Source: Eledone cirrhosa
Lineage: Eukaryota
DNA: 64,000 bases
Assembly (NCBI GenBank): GCA_964016885.1
Contig: OZ024744.1
Location: 128,278,001-128,342,000, forward strand
Direction of reading: 5' to 3'
A model generated the notes under the pieces. The model worked only from the letters and a program-made list of their open reading frames with translations. It made no database searches and was not told where the DNA came from. A program made the translations under genes and the position numbers. Below are positions 24,201-35,800 of the stretch, one piece after another (within the stretch, counting starts at the first letter, position 1; each line of letters opens with the position of its first letter).

Positions 24201-27200
24201 GGGGTTAGTTAAGTTGGGGTTAAGTTAAGTTGGGGGTAAGTTAAGTTGAGGGTAAGTTAAGTTGGGGTTCAGTTAAGTTGGGGTTAACTTAAGTTGGGGG
24301 TAAGTTAAGTTGGGGGTAAGTTAAGTTGGGGTTAAGTTAAGTTGGGGTTAACTTAAGTTGGGGTTATGTTAAGTTGGGGCTAAGTTAAGTTGGGGCTAAT
24401 TTAAGTTGGGGCTGAGTTAAGTTGGGGTTAAGTTAAGTTGGGGTTGAGTTAAGTTGGGGTTAAGTTAAGTTGGGATTAAGTTAAGTTGGGGTTAAGTTAA
24501 GTTCGGCTTGAGTTAAGTTGGGGTTAAGTTAAGTTGGGGTTAATTTAAGTTGGGGTTAATTTAAGTTGGGGTTAAGATAAGTTGGGGTTAAGTTAAGTTG
24601 GGGTTAAGTTAAGTTGGGGTTGAGTTAATTTGGGGTTAAGTTAAGTTGGGGTTAACTTAAGTTGGGGTTATGTTGGGGTTAAGTTAAGTTGGGGTTAAGT
24701 TAAGTTGGGGGTAGGTTAAGTTGGGGGCAAGTTAAGTTGGGGTTAAGTTAAGTTGGGGTTAAGTTAAGTTGGGTTTCAGTTAAGTTGGGGCTAAGTTAAG
24801 TTGGGGCTAAGTTAAGTTGGGGCTGAGTTAAGTTGGGGTTAAGTTAAGTTGGGGTTGAATTAAGTTGGGGTTATGTTAAGTTAGGGTTGAGTTAAGTTGG
24901 GGTTGAGTTAAGTTGGGGTTAAGTTAAGTTGGCGTTAAGTTAAGTTGGGCTTAAGCTAAGTTGGGGTTAAGTTAATTTGCGGTTAAGTTAGGTTGTGGGT
25001 TAAGTTAAGTTGGGGGTAAGTTAAGTTGGGGGTAAGTTAAGTTGGGGTTAAATTAAGTTGGGGTTAAGTTAAGTTGGGGTTAAGTTAAGTTGGGGTTAAG
25101 TTAAGTTGGGGTTAAGTTAAGTTGGCGTTAAGTTAAGTTGGGGTAAAGTTAAGTTGGGGTAAAGTTAAGTTGGGGTTAAGTTAAGTTGGGGTTAAGTTAA
25201 GTTGGGGTTAAGTTAAGTTGGGGTTAAGTCAAGTTGGGGTTAAGTCAAGTTGGGGTTAAGTCAAGTTGGGGTTAAGTTAAGTTGGGGTTAAGTTAAGTTG
25301 GGGGTAAGTTAAGTTGGGTGTAAGTTAAGTTGGGGTTAAGTTAAGTTGTGGTTAAGTTCAGTTTGGGTTAAGTTAAGTTGGGGTTAAGTTAAGCTGGGGG
25401 TAAGTTAAGTTGGGTGTAAGTTAAGTTGGGGTTAAATTAAGTTGGGGTTAAGTTAAGTTGGGGTTATGTTAAGTTGGGGTTAAGTTAAGTTGGGGTTAAG
25501 TTAAGTTGGGGTTAAGTTAAGTTGGGTTTAAGTTAAGTTGGGGCAAATTAAGTTGGGGCTAAATTAAGTTGGGGCTGAGTTAAGTTGGGGTTAAGTTAAG
25601 TTGGGGTTGAGTTAAGTTGGGGTTAACTTAAGTTGGGGTTAAGTTGGGGTTAAGTTAAGTTGGGGTTAAGTTAAGTTGGGGGTAAGTTAAGTTGGGGTTA
25701 AGTTAAGTTGGGGGTAAGTTAAGTTGAGGGTAAGTTAAGTTGGGGTTAAGTCAAGTTGGGGTTAAGTTAAGTTGGGGTTAAGTTAAGTTGGGGTTGAGTT
25801 AAGTTGGGGTTGAGTTAAGTTGGGGTTAAGTTAAGTTGGGTGTAAGTTAAGTTGGGGTTAAGTTAAGTTGGGGGTAAGTTAAGTTGGGGGCAAGTTAAGT
25901 TGGGGTTAAGTTAAGTTGGGGTTAAGTTAAGTTGGGGTTAAGTTAAGTTGGGGTTAAGTTAAGTTGGGGTTAAGTTAAGTTGGGGTTAATTTAAGTTGGG
26001 GGTAAGTTAAGTTGAGGGTAAATTAAGTTGGGGTTCAGTTAAGTTGGGGTTAAATTAAGTTGGGGGTAAGTTAAGTTGGGGGTAAGTTAAGTTGGGGTTA
26101 AGTTAAGTTGGGGTTAAATTAAGTTGAGGTTAAGTTAAGTTGGGGTTAAGTTAAATTGGGGTTAATTTAAGTTGGGGGTAAGATAAGTTGGGGCTAAGTT
26201 AAGTTGGGGCTAAGTCAAGTTGGGGTTAAGTCAAGTTGAGGTTAACTTAAGTTGGGGTTATGTTAAGTTGGGGCTAAGTTAAGTTGGGGCTAAGTTAAGT
26301 TGGGGCTGAGTTAAGTTGGGGTTAAGTTAAGTTGGGGTTGAGTTAAGTTGGGGTTAAGTTAAGTTGGGATTAAGTTAAGTTGGGGTTAAGTTAAGTTCGG
26401 CTTGAGTTAAGTTGGGGTTAAGTTAAGTTGGGGTTAATTTAAGTTGGGGTTAAGTTAAGTTGGGGTTAAGATAAGTTGGGGTTAAGTTAAGTTGGGGTTA
26501 AGTTAAGTTGGGGTTGAGTTAATTTGGGGTTAAGTTAAGTTGGGGTTAACTTAAGTTGGGGTTATGTTGGGGTTAAGTTAAGTTGGGGTTAAGTTAAGTT
26601 GGGGGTAGGTTAAGTTGGGGGCAAGTTAAGTTGGGGTTAAGTTAAGTTGGGGTTAAATTAAGTTGGGTTTCAGTTAAGTTGGGGCTAAGTTAAGTTGGGG
26701 CTAAGTTAAGTTGGGGCTGAGTTAAGTTGGGGTTAAGTTAAGTTGGGGTTGAATTAAGTTGGGGTTATGTTAAGTTAGGGTTGAGTTAAGTTGGGGTTGA
26801 GTTAAGTTGGGGTTAAGTTAAGTTGGCGTTAAGTTAAGTTGGGGTTAAGCTAAGTTGGGGTTAAGTTAATTTGCGGTTAAGTTAGGTTGTGGGTTAAGTT
26901 AAGTTGGGGGTAAGTTAAGTTGGGGGTAAGTTAAGTTGGGGTTAAATTAAGTTGGGGTTAAGTTAAGTTGGGGTTAAGTTAAGTTGGGGTTAAGTTAAGT
27001 TGGGGTTAAGTTAAGTTGGCGTTAAGTTAAGTTGGGGTAAAGTTAAGTTGGGGTAAAGTTAAGTTGGGGTTAAGTTAAGTTGGGGTTAAGTTAAGTTGGG
27101 GTTAAGTTAAGTTGGGGTTAAGTCAAGTTGGGGTTAAGTCAAGTTGGGGTTAAGTCAAGTTGGGGTTAAGTTAAGTTGGGGTTAAGTTAAGTTGGGGGTA

Positions 27201-30200
27201 AGTTAAGTTGGGTGTAAATTAAGTTGGGGTTAAGTTAAGTTGTGGTTAAGTTCAGTTTGGGTTAAGTTAAGTTGGGGTTAAGTTAAGCTGGGGGTAAGTT
27301 AAGTTGGGTGTAAGTTAAGTTGGTGTTAAATTAAGTTGGGGTTAAGTTAAGTTGGGGTTATGTTAAGTTGGGGTTAAGTTAAGTTGGGGTTAAGTTAAGT
27401 TGGGGTTAAGTTAAGTTGAGGTTAAGTTAAGTTGGAGTTAAGTTAAGTTGGGGTTAAGTTAAGTTGGGTTTAAGTTAAGTTGGGGCTAAGTTAAGTTGGG
27501 GCTAAGTTAAGTTGGGGCTGAGTTAAGTTGGGGTTAAGTTAAGTTGGGGTTGAGTTAAGTTGGGGTTAACTTAAGTTGGGGTTAAGTTGGGGTTAAGTTA
27601 AGTTGGGGTTAAATTAAGTTATGGTTAGTTAAGTTGGGGCAAGTTAAGTTGGGGTTAATTTAAGTTGGGGTTAAGTTAAGTTGGGGTTATGTTAAGTTGG
27701 GGTTAAGTTAAGTTGGGGTTAAGTTAAGTTGGGGGTAAGTTAAGTTGGGGTTAAGTTAAGTTGGGGGTAAGTTAAGTTGAGGGTAAGTTAAGTTGGGGTT
27801 AAGTCAAGTTGGGGTTAAGTTAAGTTGGGGTTAAGTTAAGTTGGGGTTGAGTTAAGTTGGGGTTGAGTTAAGTTGGGGTTAAGTTAAGTTGGGTGTAAGT
27901 TAAGTTGGGGTTAAGTTAAGTTGGGGTTAAGTTAAGTTGGGGTTAAGTTAAGTTGGGGGTAAGTTAAGTTGGGGGCAAGTTAAGTTGGGGTTAAGTTAAG
28001 TTGGGGTTAAGTTAAGTTGGGGTTAAGTTAAGTTGGGGTTAAGTTAAGTTGGGGTTAAGTTAAGTTGGGGGTAAGTTAAGTTGGGGTTAAGTTAAGTTGG
28101 GGTTAAATTAAGTTGAGGTTAAGTTAATTTGGGGTTAAGTTAAGTTGGGGTTAAGTTAAGTTGGGGGTAAGATAAGTTGGGGCTAAGTTAAGTTGGGGCT
28201 AAGTCAAGTTGGGGTTAAATCAAGTTGAGGTTAACTTAAGTTGGGGTTAAGTTAAGTTGGGGTTAAGTTAAGTTGGGGTTAAGGTAAGTTGGGGTTAAGT
28301 TAAGTTGGGGTTAAGTTAAGTTGGGGTTAAGTTAAGTTGGGGTTAAGTTAAGTTAGGGTTAATTTCAGTTGGGGTTATGTTAAGTTGGGGTTAAGTTAAG
28401 TTGGGGTTAAGTTAAGTTGAGGTTAAGTTAAGTTGGAGTTAAGTTAAGTTGGGGTTAAGCTAAGTTGGGGTTAAGTTAATTTGCGGTTAAGTTAGGTTGT
28501 GGGTTAAGTTAAGTTGGGGTTAAGTTAAGCTGGGGTTAAGTTAGGGTAAGTTAAGTTGGGGGTAAGTTAAGTTGGGGTTAAGTTAAGTTGGGGTTAAGTT
28601 AGGTTGGGGTTAAGTTAAGTTGGGGTTAAGTTAAGTTGGGGTTAAGTTAAGTTGGGGTTAAGTTAAGTTGGGGGTAAGTTAAGTTGGGGGCAAGTTAAGT
28701 TGGGGTTAAGTTAAGTTGGGGTTCAGTTAAGTTGGGGTTAAGTTAAGTTGGGGTTAAGTTAAGTTGGGGTTAAGTTAAGTTAGGGTTAATTTCAGTTGGG
28801 GTTATGTTAAGTTGGGGTTAAGTTAAGTTGGGGTTAAGTTAAAGTTGGGGTTAAGTTAAGTTGGGGTAAAGTTAAGTTAGGGTTAAGTTAAGTTGGGGTT
28901 AAGTTAAGTTGGGGTTAAATTAAGTTGGGGTTAAGTTAAGTTGGGGTTAAGTTAAGTTGGGGTTATATTAAGTTGGGGTTCAGTTAAGTTGGGGTTAAAT
29001 TAAGTTGGGGTTAAGTTAAGTTGGGGTTAGTTAAGTTGGGGTTAAGTTAAGTTGGGGTTAAGTTAAGTTGGGGTTAAGTTAAGTTGGGGTTCAGTTAAGT
29101 TGGAGTTAAGTCAAGTTGGGGTTAAGTCAAGTTTGGGTTAAGTCAAGTTGGGGTTAAGTCAAGTTGGGGTTAAGTTAAGTTGGGGTTAAGTTAAGTTGGA
29201 GTTAAGTTAAGTTGGAGTTAAGTTAAGTTGGGGTTAAGCTAAGTTGGGGTTCAGTTAAGTTGGGGTTAAGTTAATTTGGGGCTGAGTTAAGTTGGGGTTA
29301 AGTTAAGTTCGGGTTGAGTTAAGTTGGGGTTAAGTTAAGTTGGGGTTATGTTAAGTTGGGGTTAAGTTAAGTTGGGGTTAAGATATGTTGGGGTTAAGTT
29401 AAGTTGGGGTTAATTTCAGTTGGGGTTGAGTTAATTTGGGTTTAAGTTAAGTTGGGCTAAACTTAAGTTGGGGTTAAGTTGGGGTTAAGTTAAGTTGGGG
29501 TTAAATTAAGTTGGGGGTAAATTAAGTTGGGGGCAAGTTAAGTTGGGGTTAATTTAAGTTGGGGTTAAGTTAAGTTGGGGTTATGTTAAGTTGGGGTTAA
29601 GTTAAGTTGGGGTTAAGTTAAGTTGGGGGTAACTTAAGTTGGGGTTAAGTTAAGTTGAGGGTAAGTTAAGTTGAGGGTAAGTTAAATTGAGGTTAAGTTA
29701 AGTTGGGGTTAAGTTATGTTGGGGGTAAGTTAAGTTGGGGGTAAGTTAAGTTGGGGTTAAGTTAAGTTGGGGTTAAATTAAGTTGAGGTTAAGTTAATTT
29801 GGGGTTAAGTTAAGTTGGGGTTAAGTTAAGTTGGGGTTATGTTAAGTTAGGGTTGAGTTAAGTTGGGGTTGAGTTAAGTTGGGGTTAAGTTAAGTTGGCG
29901 TTAAGTTAAGTTGGGGTTAAGTTAAGTTGGGGTTATGTTAAGTTAGGGTTGAGTTAAGTTGGGGTTGAGTTAAGTTGGGGTTAAGTTAAGTTGGCGTTAA
30001 GTTAAGTTGGGGTTAAGTTAAGTTGGGGTTAAGTTAAGTTGGGGTAAGTTAAGTTGGGGGCAAGTTAAGTTGGGGTTAAGTTAAGTTGGGGTTAAGTTAA
30101 GTTGGGGTTAAGTTAAGTTGGGGCTGAGTTAAGTTGGGGTTAAGTTAAGTTGGGGTTAAGTTAAGTTGGGGTTAAGTTAAGTTGGGGTTAAGTTAAGTTG

Positions 30201-31210
30201 GGGTTAAGTCAAGTTGGGGTTAAGTCAAGTTGGGGTTAAGTCAAGTTGGGGTTAAGTTAAGCTGGGGTTAAGTTGGGGTAAGTTAAGTTGGGGTTAAGTT
30301 AAGTTGGGGTTAAGTTAAGTTGGGGTTAAGTTAAGTTGGGGTTGAGTTAAGTTGGGGTTGAGTTAAGTTGGGGTTGAGTTAAGTTGGGGTTAAGTTAAGT
30401 TGGGGTTAAGTTAAGTTGGGGTTAAGTTAAGTTGGGGTTAAGTTAAGTTGGGGGTAAGTTAAGTTGGGGGCAAGTTAAGTTGGGGTTAAGTTAAGTTGGG
30501 GTTAAGTTAAGTTGGGGTTAAGTTAAGTTGGGGTTAAGTTAAGTTGGGGTTAAGTTAAGTTAGGGTTAATTTCAGTTGGGGTTATGTTAAGTTGGGGTTA
30601 AGTTAAGTTGGGGTTAAGTTAAAGTTGGGGTTAAGTTAAGTTGGGGTAAAGTTAAGTTAGGGTTAAGTTAAGTTGGGGTTAAGTTAAGTTGGGGTTAAAT
30701 TAAGTTGGGGTTAAGTTAAGTTGGGGTTAAGTTAAGTTGGGGTTCAGTTAAGTTGGGGTTAAATTAAGTTGGGGTTAAGTTAAGTTGGGGTTAGTTAAGT
30801 TGGGGTTAAGTTAAGTTGGGGTTAAGTTAAGTTGGGGTTAAGTTAAGTTGGGGTTAAGTTAAGTTGGCGTTAAGTTAAGTTGGGGTTAAGTTAAGTTGGG
30901 GTTAATTTAAGTTGGGGTTAAGTTAAGTTGGGGTTAAGTTAAGTTGGAGTTAAGTCAAGTTGGGGTTAAATCAAGTTGGGGTTAAGTCAAGTTGGGGTTA
31001 AGTCAAGTTGGTGTTAAGTTAAGTTGGGGTTAAGTTAAGTTGGGGTTAAGTTAAGTTGGGGGTAAGTTAAGTTGGGGTTAAGTTAAGTTGGGGTTCAGTT
31101 CAGTTGGGGTTAAGTTAAGTTGGGGTTAAGTTAAGCTGGGGGTAAGTTAAGTTGGGTGTAAGTTAAGTTGGGGTTAATTTAAGTTGGGGTTAAGTTAAGT
31201 TGGGGGTTAG
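20580..31210 (+). repeat. ~3.6 kb block (~20580-24210) recopied at ~6.8-7.0 kb offset (~27460-31210)
   Basis: Shared markers TTAGGTTGGGG 21662/28589, TTATATTAAG 22090/28963, GGGCTAAACTT 22693/29454 and AAATCAAG 23966/30968. Confidence 0.82.
24350..27400 (+). repeat. ~1.15 kb block recopied at offset 1894
   Basis: TTCGGCTTGAG 24502/26396 and the 11-bp variant TTATGTTGGGG 24668/26562, followed by the same order of variants. Confidence 0.8.
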
Positions 31211-32819
31211 TTAAGTTGGGGGCAAGTTAAGTTGGGGTTAATTTAAGTTGGGGTTAAGTTAAGTTGGGGTTATGTTAAGTTGGGGTTAAGTTAAGTTGCG
31301 GTTAAGTTAAGTTGGGTGTAAGTTAAGTTGGGGTTAAGTTAAGTTGGGGGTAAGTTAAGTTGAGGGTAAGTTAAGTTGGGGTTCAGTTAAGTTGGGGTTA
31401 AGTTAAGTTAGGGTTAATTTCAGTTGGGGTTATGTTAAGTTGGGGTTAAGTTAAGTTGGGGTTAAGTTAAAGTTGGGGTTAAGTTAAGTTGGGGTAAAGT
31501 TAAGTTAGGGTTAAGTTAAGTTGGAGTTAAGTTAAGTTGGGGTTAAATTAAGTTGGGGTTAAGTTAAGTTGGGGTTAAGTTAAGTTGGGGTTAAATTAAG
31601 TTGGGGTTCAGTTAAGTTGGGGTTAAATTAAGTTGGGGTTAAGTTAAGTTGGGGTTAGTTAAGTTGGGGTTAAGTTAAGTTGGGGTTAAGTTAAGCTGGG
31701 GTTAAGTTAAGTTGGGGGTAAGTTAAGTTGGGGTTAAGTTAAGTTGGGGTTCAGTTCAGTTGGGGTTAAGTTAAGTTGGGGTTAAGTTAAGCTGGGGGTA
31801 AGTTAAGTTGGGTGTAAGTTAAGTTGGGGTTAATTTAAGTTGGGGTTAAGTTAAGTTGGGGGTTAGTTAAGTTGGGGGCAAGTTAAGTTGGGGTTAATTT
31901 AAGTTGGGGTTAAGTTAAGTTGGGGTTATGTTAAGTTGGGGTTAAGTTAAGTTGCGGTTAAGTTAAGTTGGGGGTAAGTTAAGTTGGGGTTAAGTTAAGT
32001 TGGGGGTAAGTTAAGTTGAGGGTAAGTTAAGTTGGGGTTCAGTTAAGTTGGGGTTAAATTAAGTTGGGGGTAAGTTAAGTTGGGGGTAAATTAAGTTGGG
32101 GTTAAGTTAAGTTGGGGTTAAATTAAGTTGAGGTTAAGTTAAGTTGGGGTTAAGTTAAATTGGGGTTAATTTAAGTTGGGGGTAAGATAAGTTGGGGCTA
32201 AGTTAAGTTGGGGCTAAGTCAAGTTGGGGTTAAGTCAAGTTGAGGTTAACTTAAGTTGGGGTTATGTTAAGTTGGGGCTAAGTTAAGTTGGGGCTAAGTT
32301 AAGTTGGGGCTGAGTTAAGTTGGGGTTAAGTTAAGTTGGGGTTGAGTTAAGTTGGGGTTAAGTTAAGTTGGGATTAAGTTAAGTTGGGGTTAAGTTAAGT
32401 TCGGCTTGAGTTAAGTTGGGGTTAAGTTAAGTTGGGGTTAATTTAAGTTGGGGTTAAGTTAAGTTGGGGTTAAGATAAGTTGGGGTTAAGTTAAGTTGGG
32501 GTTAAGTTAAGTTGGGGTTGAGTTAATTTGGGGTTAAGTTAAGTTGGGGTTAACTTAAGTTGGGGTTAAGTTGGGGTTAAGTTAAGTTGGGGTTAAGTTA
32601 AGTTGGGGGTAGGTTAATTTGGGGGCAAGTTAAGTTGGGGTTAAGTTAAGTTGGGGTTAAGTTAAGTTGGGTTTCAGTTAAGTTGGGGCTAAGTTAAGTT
32701 GGGGCTAAGTTAAGTTGGGGCTGAGTTAAGTTGGGGTTAACTTAAGTTGGGGTTGAATTAAGTTGGGGTTATGTTAAGTTAGGGTTGAGTTAAGTTGGGG
32801 TTGAGTTAAGTTGGGGTTA

Positions 32820-35800
32820 AGTTAAGTTGGCGTTAAGTTAAGTTGGGGTTAAGCTAAGTTGGGGTTAAGTTAATTTGCGGTTAAGTTAGGTTGTGGGTTA
32901 AGTTAAGTTGGGGGTAAGTTAAGTTGGGGGTAAGTTAAGTTGGGGTTAAGTTAAGTTGGGGTTAAGTTAAGTTGGGGTTAAGTTAAGTTGGGGTTAAGTT
33001 AAGTTGGCGTTAAGTTAAGTTGGGGTAAAGTTAAGTTGGGGTAAAGTTAAGTTGGGGTTAAGTTAAGTTGGGGTTAAGTTAAGTTGAGGTTAAGTTAAGT
33101 TGGGATTAAGTCAAGTTGGGGTTAAGTCAAGTTGGGGTTAAGTCAAGTTGGGGTTAAGTTAAGTTGGGGTTAAGTTAAGTTGGGGGTAAGTTAAGTTGGG
33201 TGTAAGTTAAGTTGGGGTTAAGTTAAGTTGTGGTTAAGTTCAGTTTGGGTTAAGTTAAGTTGGGGTTAAGTTAAGCTGGGGGTAAGTTAAGTTGGGTGTA
33301 AGTTAAGTTGGGGTTAAATTAAGTTGGGGTTAAGTTAAGTTGGGGTTATGTTAAGTTGGGGTTAAGTTAAGTTGGGGTTAAGTTAAGTTGGGGTTAAGTT
33401 AATTTGCGGTTAAGTTAGGTTGTGGGTTAAGTTACGTTGGGGTTAAGTTAAGCTGGGGTTAAGTTAGGGTAAGTTAAGTTGGGGGTAAGTTAAGTTGGGG
33501 TTAAGTTAAGTTGGGGTTAAGTTAAGTTGGGGTTAAGTTAAGTTGGGGTTAAGTTAAGTTGGGGTTAAGTTAAGTTAGGGTTAATTTCAGTTGGGGTTAT
33601 GTTAAGTTGGGGTTAAGTTAAGTTGGGTTAAGTTAAAGTTGGGGTTAAGTTAAGTTGGGGTAAAGTTAAGTTAGGGTTAAGTTAAGTTGGGGTTAAGTTA
33701 AGTTGGGGTTAAATTAAGTTGGGGTTAAGTTAAGTTGGGGTTAAGTTAAGTTGGGGTTAAATTAAGTTGGGGTTCAGTTAAGTTGGGGTTAAATTAAGTT
33801 GGGGATAAGTTAAGTTGGGGTTAGTTAAGTTGGGGTTAAGTTAAGTTGGGGTTAAGTTAAGTTGGGGTTAAGTTAAGTTGGGGTTAAGTTAAGTTGGCGT
33901 TAAGTTAAGTTGGGGTTATGTTAAGTTGGGGTTAAATTAAGTTGGGGTTAAGTTAAGTTGGGGTTAATTTAAGTTAGGGTTAAGTTAAGTTGGGGTTAAG
34001 TTAAGTTGGAGTTAAGTCAAGTTGGGGTTAAGTCAAGTTGGGGTTAAGTCAAGTTGGGGTTAAGTCAAGTTGGGGTTAAGTTAAGTTGGGGTTAAGTTAA
34101 GTTGGGGTTAAGTTAAGTTGGGGGTAAGTTAAGTTGGGTGTAAGTTAAGTTGGGGTTAAGTTAAGTTGGGGTTCAGTTCAGTTGGGGTTAAGTTAAGTTG
34201 GGGTTAAGTTAAGTTGGAGTTAAGTTAAGTTGGAGTTAAGTTAAGTTGGGGTTAAGCTAAGTTGGGGTTCAGTTAAGTTGGGGTTAAGTTAATTTGGGGC
34301 TGAGTTAAGTTGGGGTTAAGTTAAGATCGGGTTGAGTTAAGTTGGGGTTAAGTTAAGTTGGGGTTAAGTTAAGTTGGGGTTAAGTTAAGTTGGGGTTAAG
34401 ATAAGTTGGGGTTAAGTTAAGTTGGGGTTAATTTACGTTGGGGTTGAGTTAATTTGGGTTTAAGTTAAGTTGGGCTTAACTTAAGTTGGGGTTAAGTTGG
34501 GGTTAAGTTAAGTTGGGGTTAAGTTAAGTTGGGGGTAAGTTAAGTTGGGGGCAAGTTAAGTTGGGGTTAATTTAAGTTGGGGTTAAGTTAAGTTGGGGTT
34601 ATGTTAAGTTGGGGTTAAGTTAAGTTGGGGTTAAGTTAAGTTGGGGGTAACTTAAGTTGGGGTTAAGTTAAGTTGAGGGTAAGGTAAGTTGAGGGTAAGT
34701 TAAATTGAGGTTAAGTTAAGTTGGGGTTAAGTTAAGTTGGGGGTAAGTTAAGTTGGGGGTAAGTTAAGTTGGGGTTAAGTTAAGTTGGGGATAAATTAAG
34801 TTGAGGTTAAGTTAATTTGGGGTTAAGTTAAGTTGGGGTTAAGTTAAGTTGGGGGTAAGAGAAGTTGGGGCTAAGTTAAGTTGGGGCTAAGTCAAGTTGG
34901 GGTTAAGTCAAGTTGAGGTTAACTTAAGTTGGGGTTAAGTTAAGTTGGGGTTAAGTTAAGTTGGGGTTAAGGTAAGTTGGGGTTAAGTTAAGTTGAGGGT
35001 AAGTTAAGTTGGGGTTCAGTTAAGTTGGGGTTAAATTAAGTTGGGGGTAAGTTAAGTTGGGGGTAAGTTAAGTTGGGGTTAAGTTAAGTTGGGGTTAAAT
35101 TAAGTTGAGGTTAAGTTAAGTTGGGGTTAAGTTAAATTGGGGTTAATTTAAGTTGGGGGTAAGATAAGTTGGGGCTAAGTTAAGTTGGGGCTAAGTCAAG
35201 TTGGGGTTAAGTCAAGTTGAGGTTAACTTAAGTTGGGGTTATGTTAAGTTGGGGCTAAGTTAAGTTGGGGCTAAGTTAAGTTGGGGCTGAGTTAAGTTGG
35301 GGTTAAGTTAAGTTGGGGTTGAGTTAAGTTGGGGTTAAGTTAAGTTGGGATTAAGTTAAGTTGGGGTTAAATTAAGTTCGGCTTGAGTTAAGTTGGGGTT
35401 AAGTTAAGTTGGGGTTAATTTAAGTTGGGGTTAAGTTAAGTTGGGGTTAAGATAAGTTGGGGTTAAGTTAAGTTGGGGTTAAGTTAAGTTGGGGTTGAGT
35501 TAATTTGGGGTTAAGTTAAGTTGGGGTTAACTTAAGTTGGGGTTAAGTTGGGGTTAAGTTAAGTTGGGGTTAAGTTAAGTTGGGGGTAGGTTAAGTTGGG
35601 GGCAAGTTAAGTTGGGGTTAAGTTAAGTTGGGGTTAAGTTAAGTTGGGTTTCAGTTAAGTTGGGGCTAAGTTAAGTTGGGGCTGAGTTAAGTTGGGGTTA
35701 AGTTAAGTTGGGGTTGAATTAAGTTGGGGTTATGTTAAGTTAGGGTTGAGTTAAGTTGGGGTTGAGTTAAGTTGGGGTTAAGTTAAGTTGGCGTTAAGTT

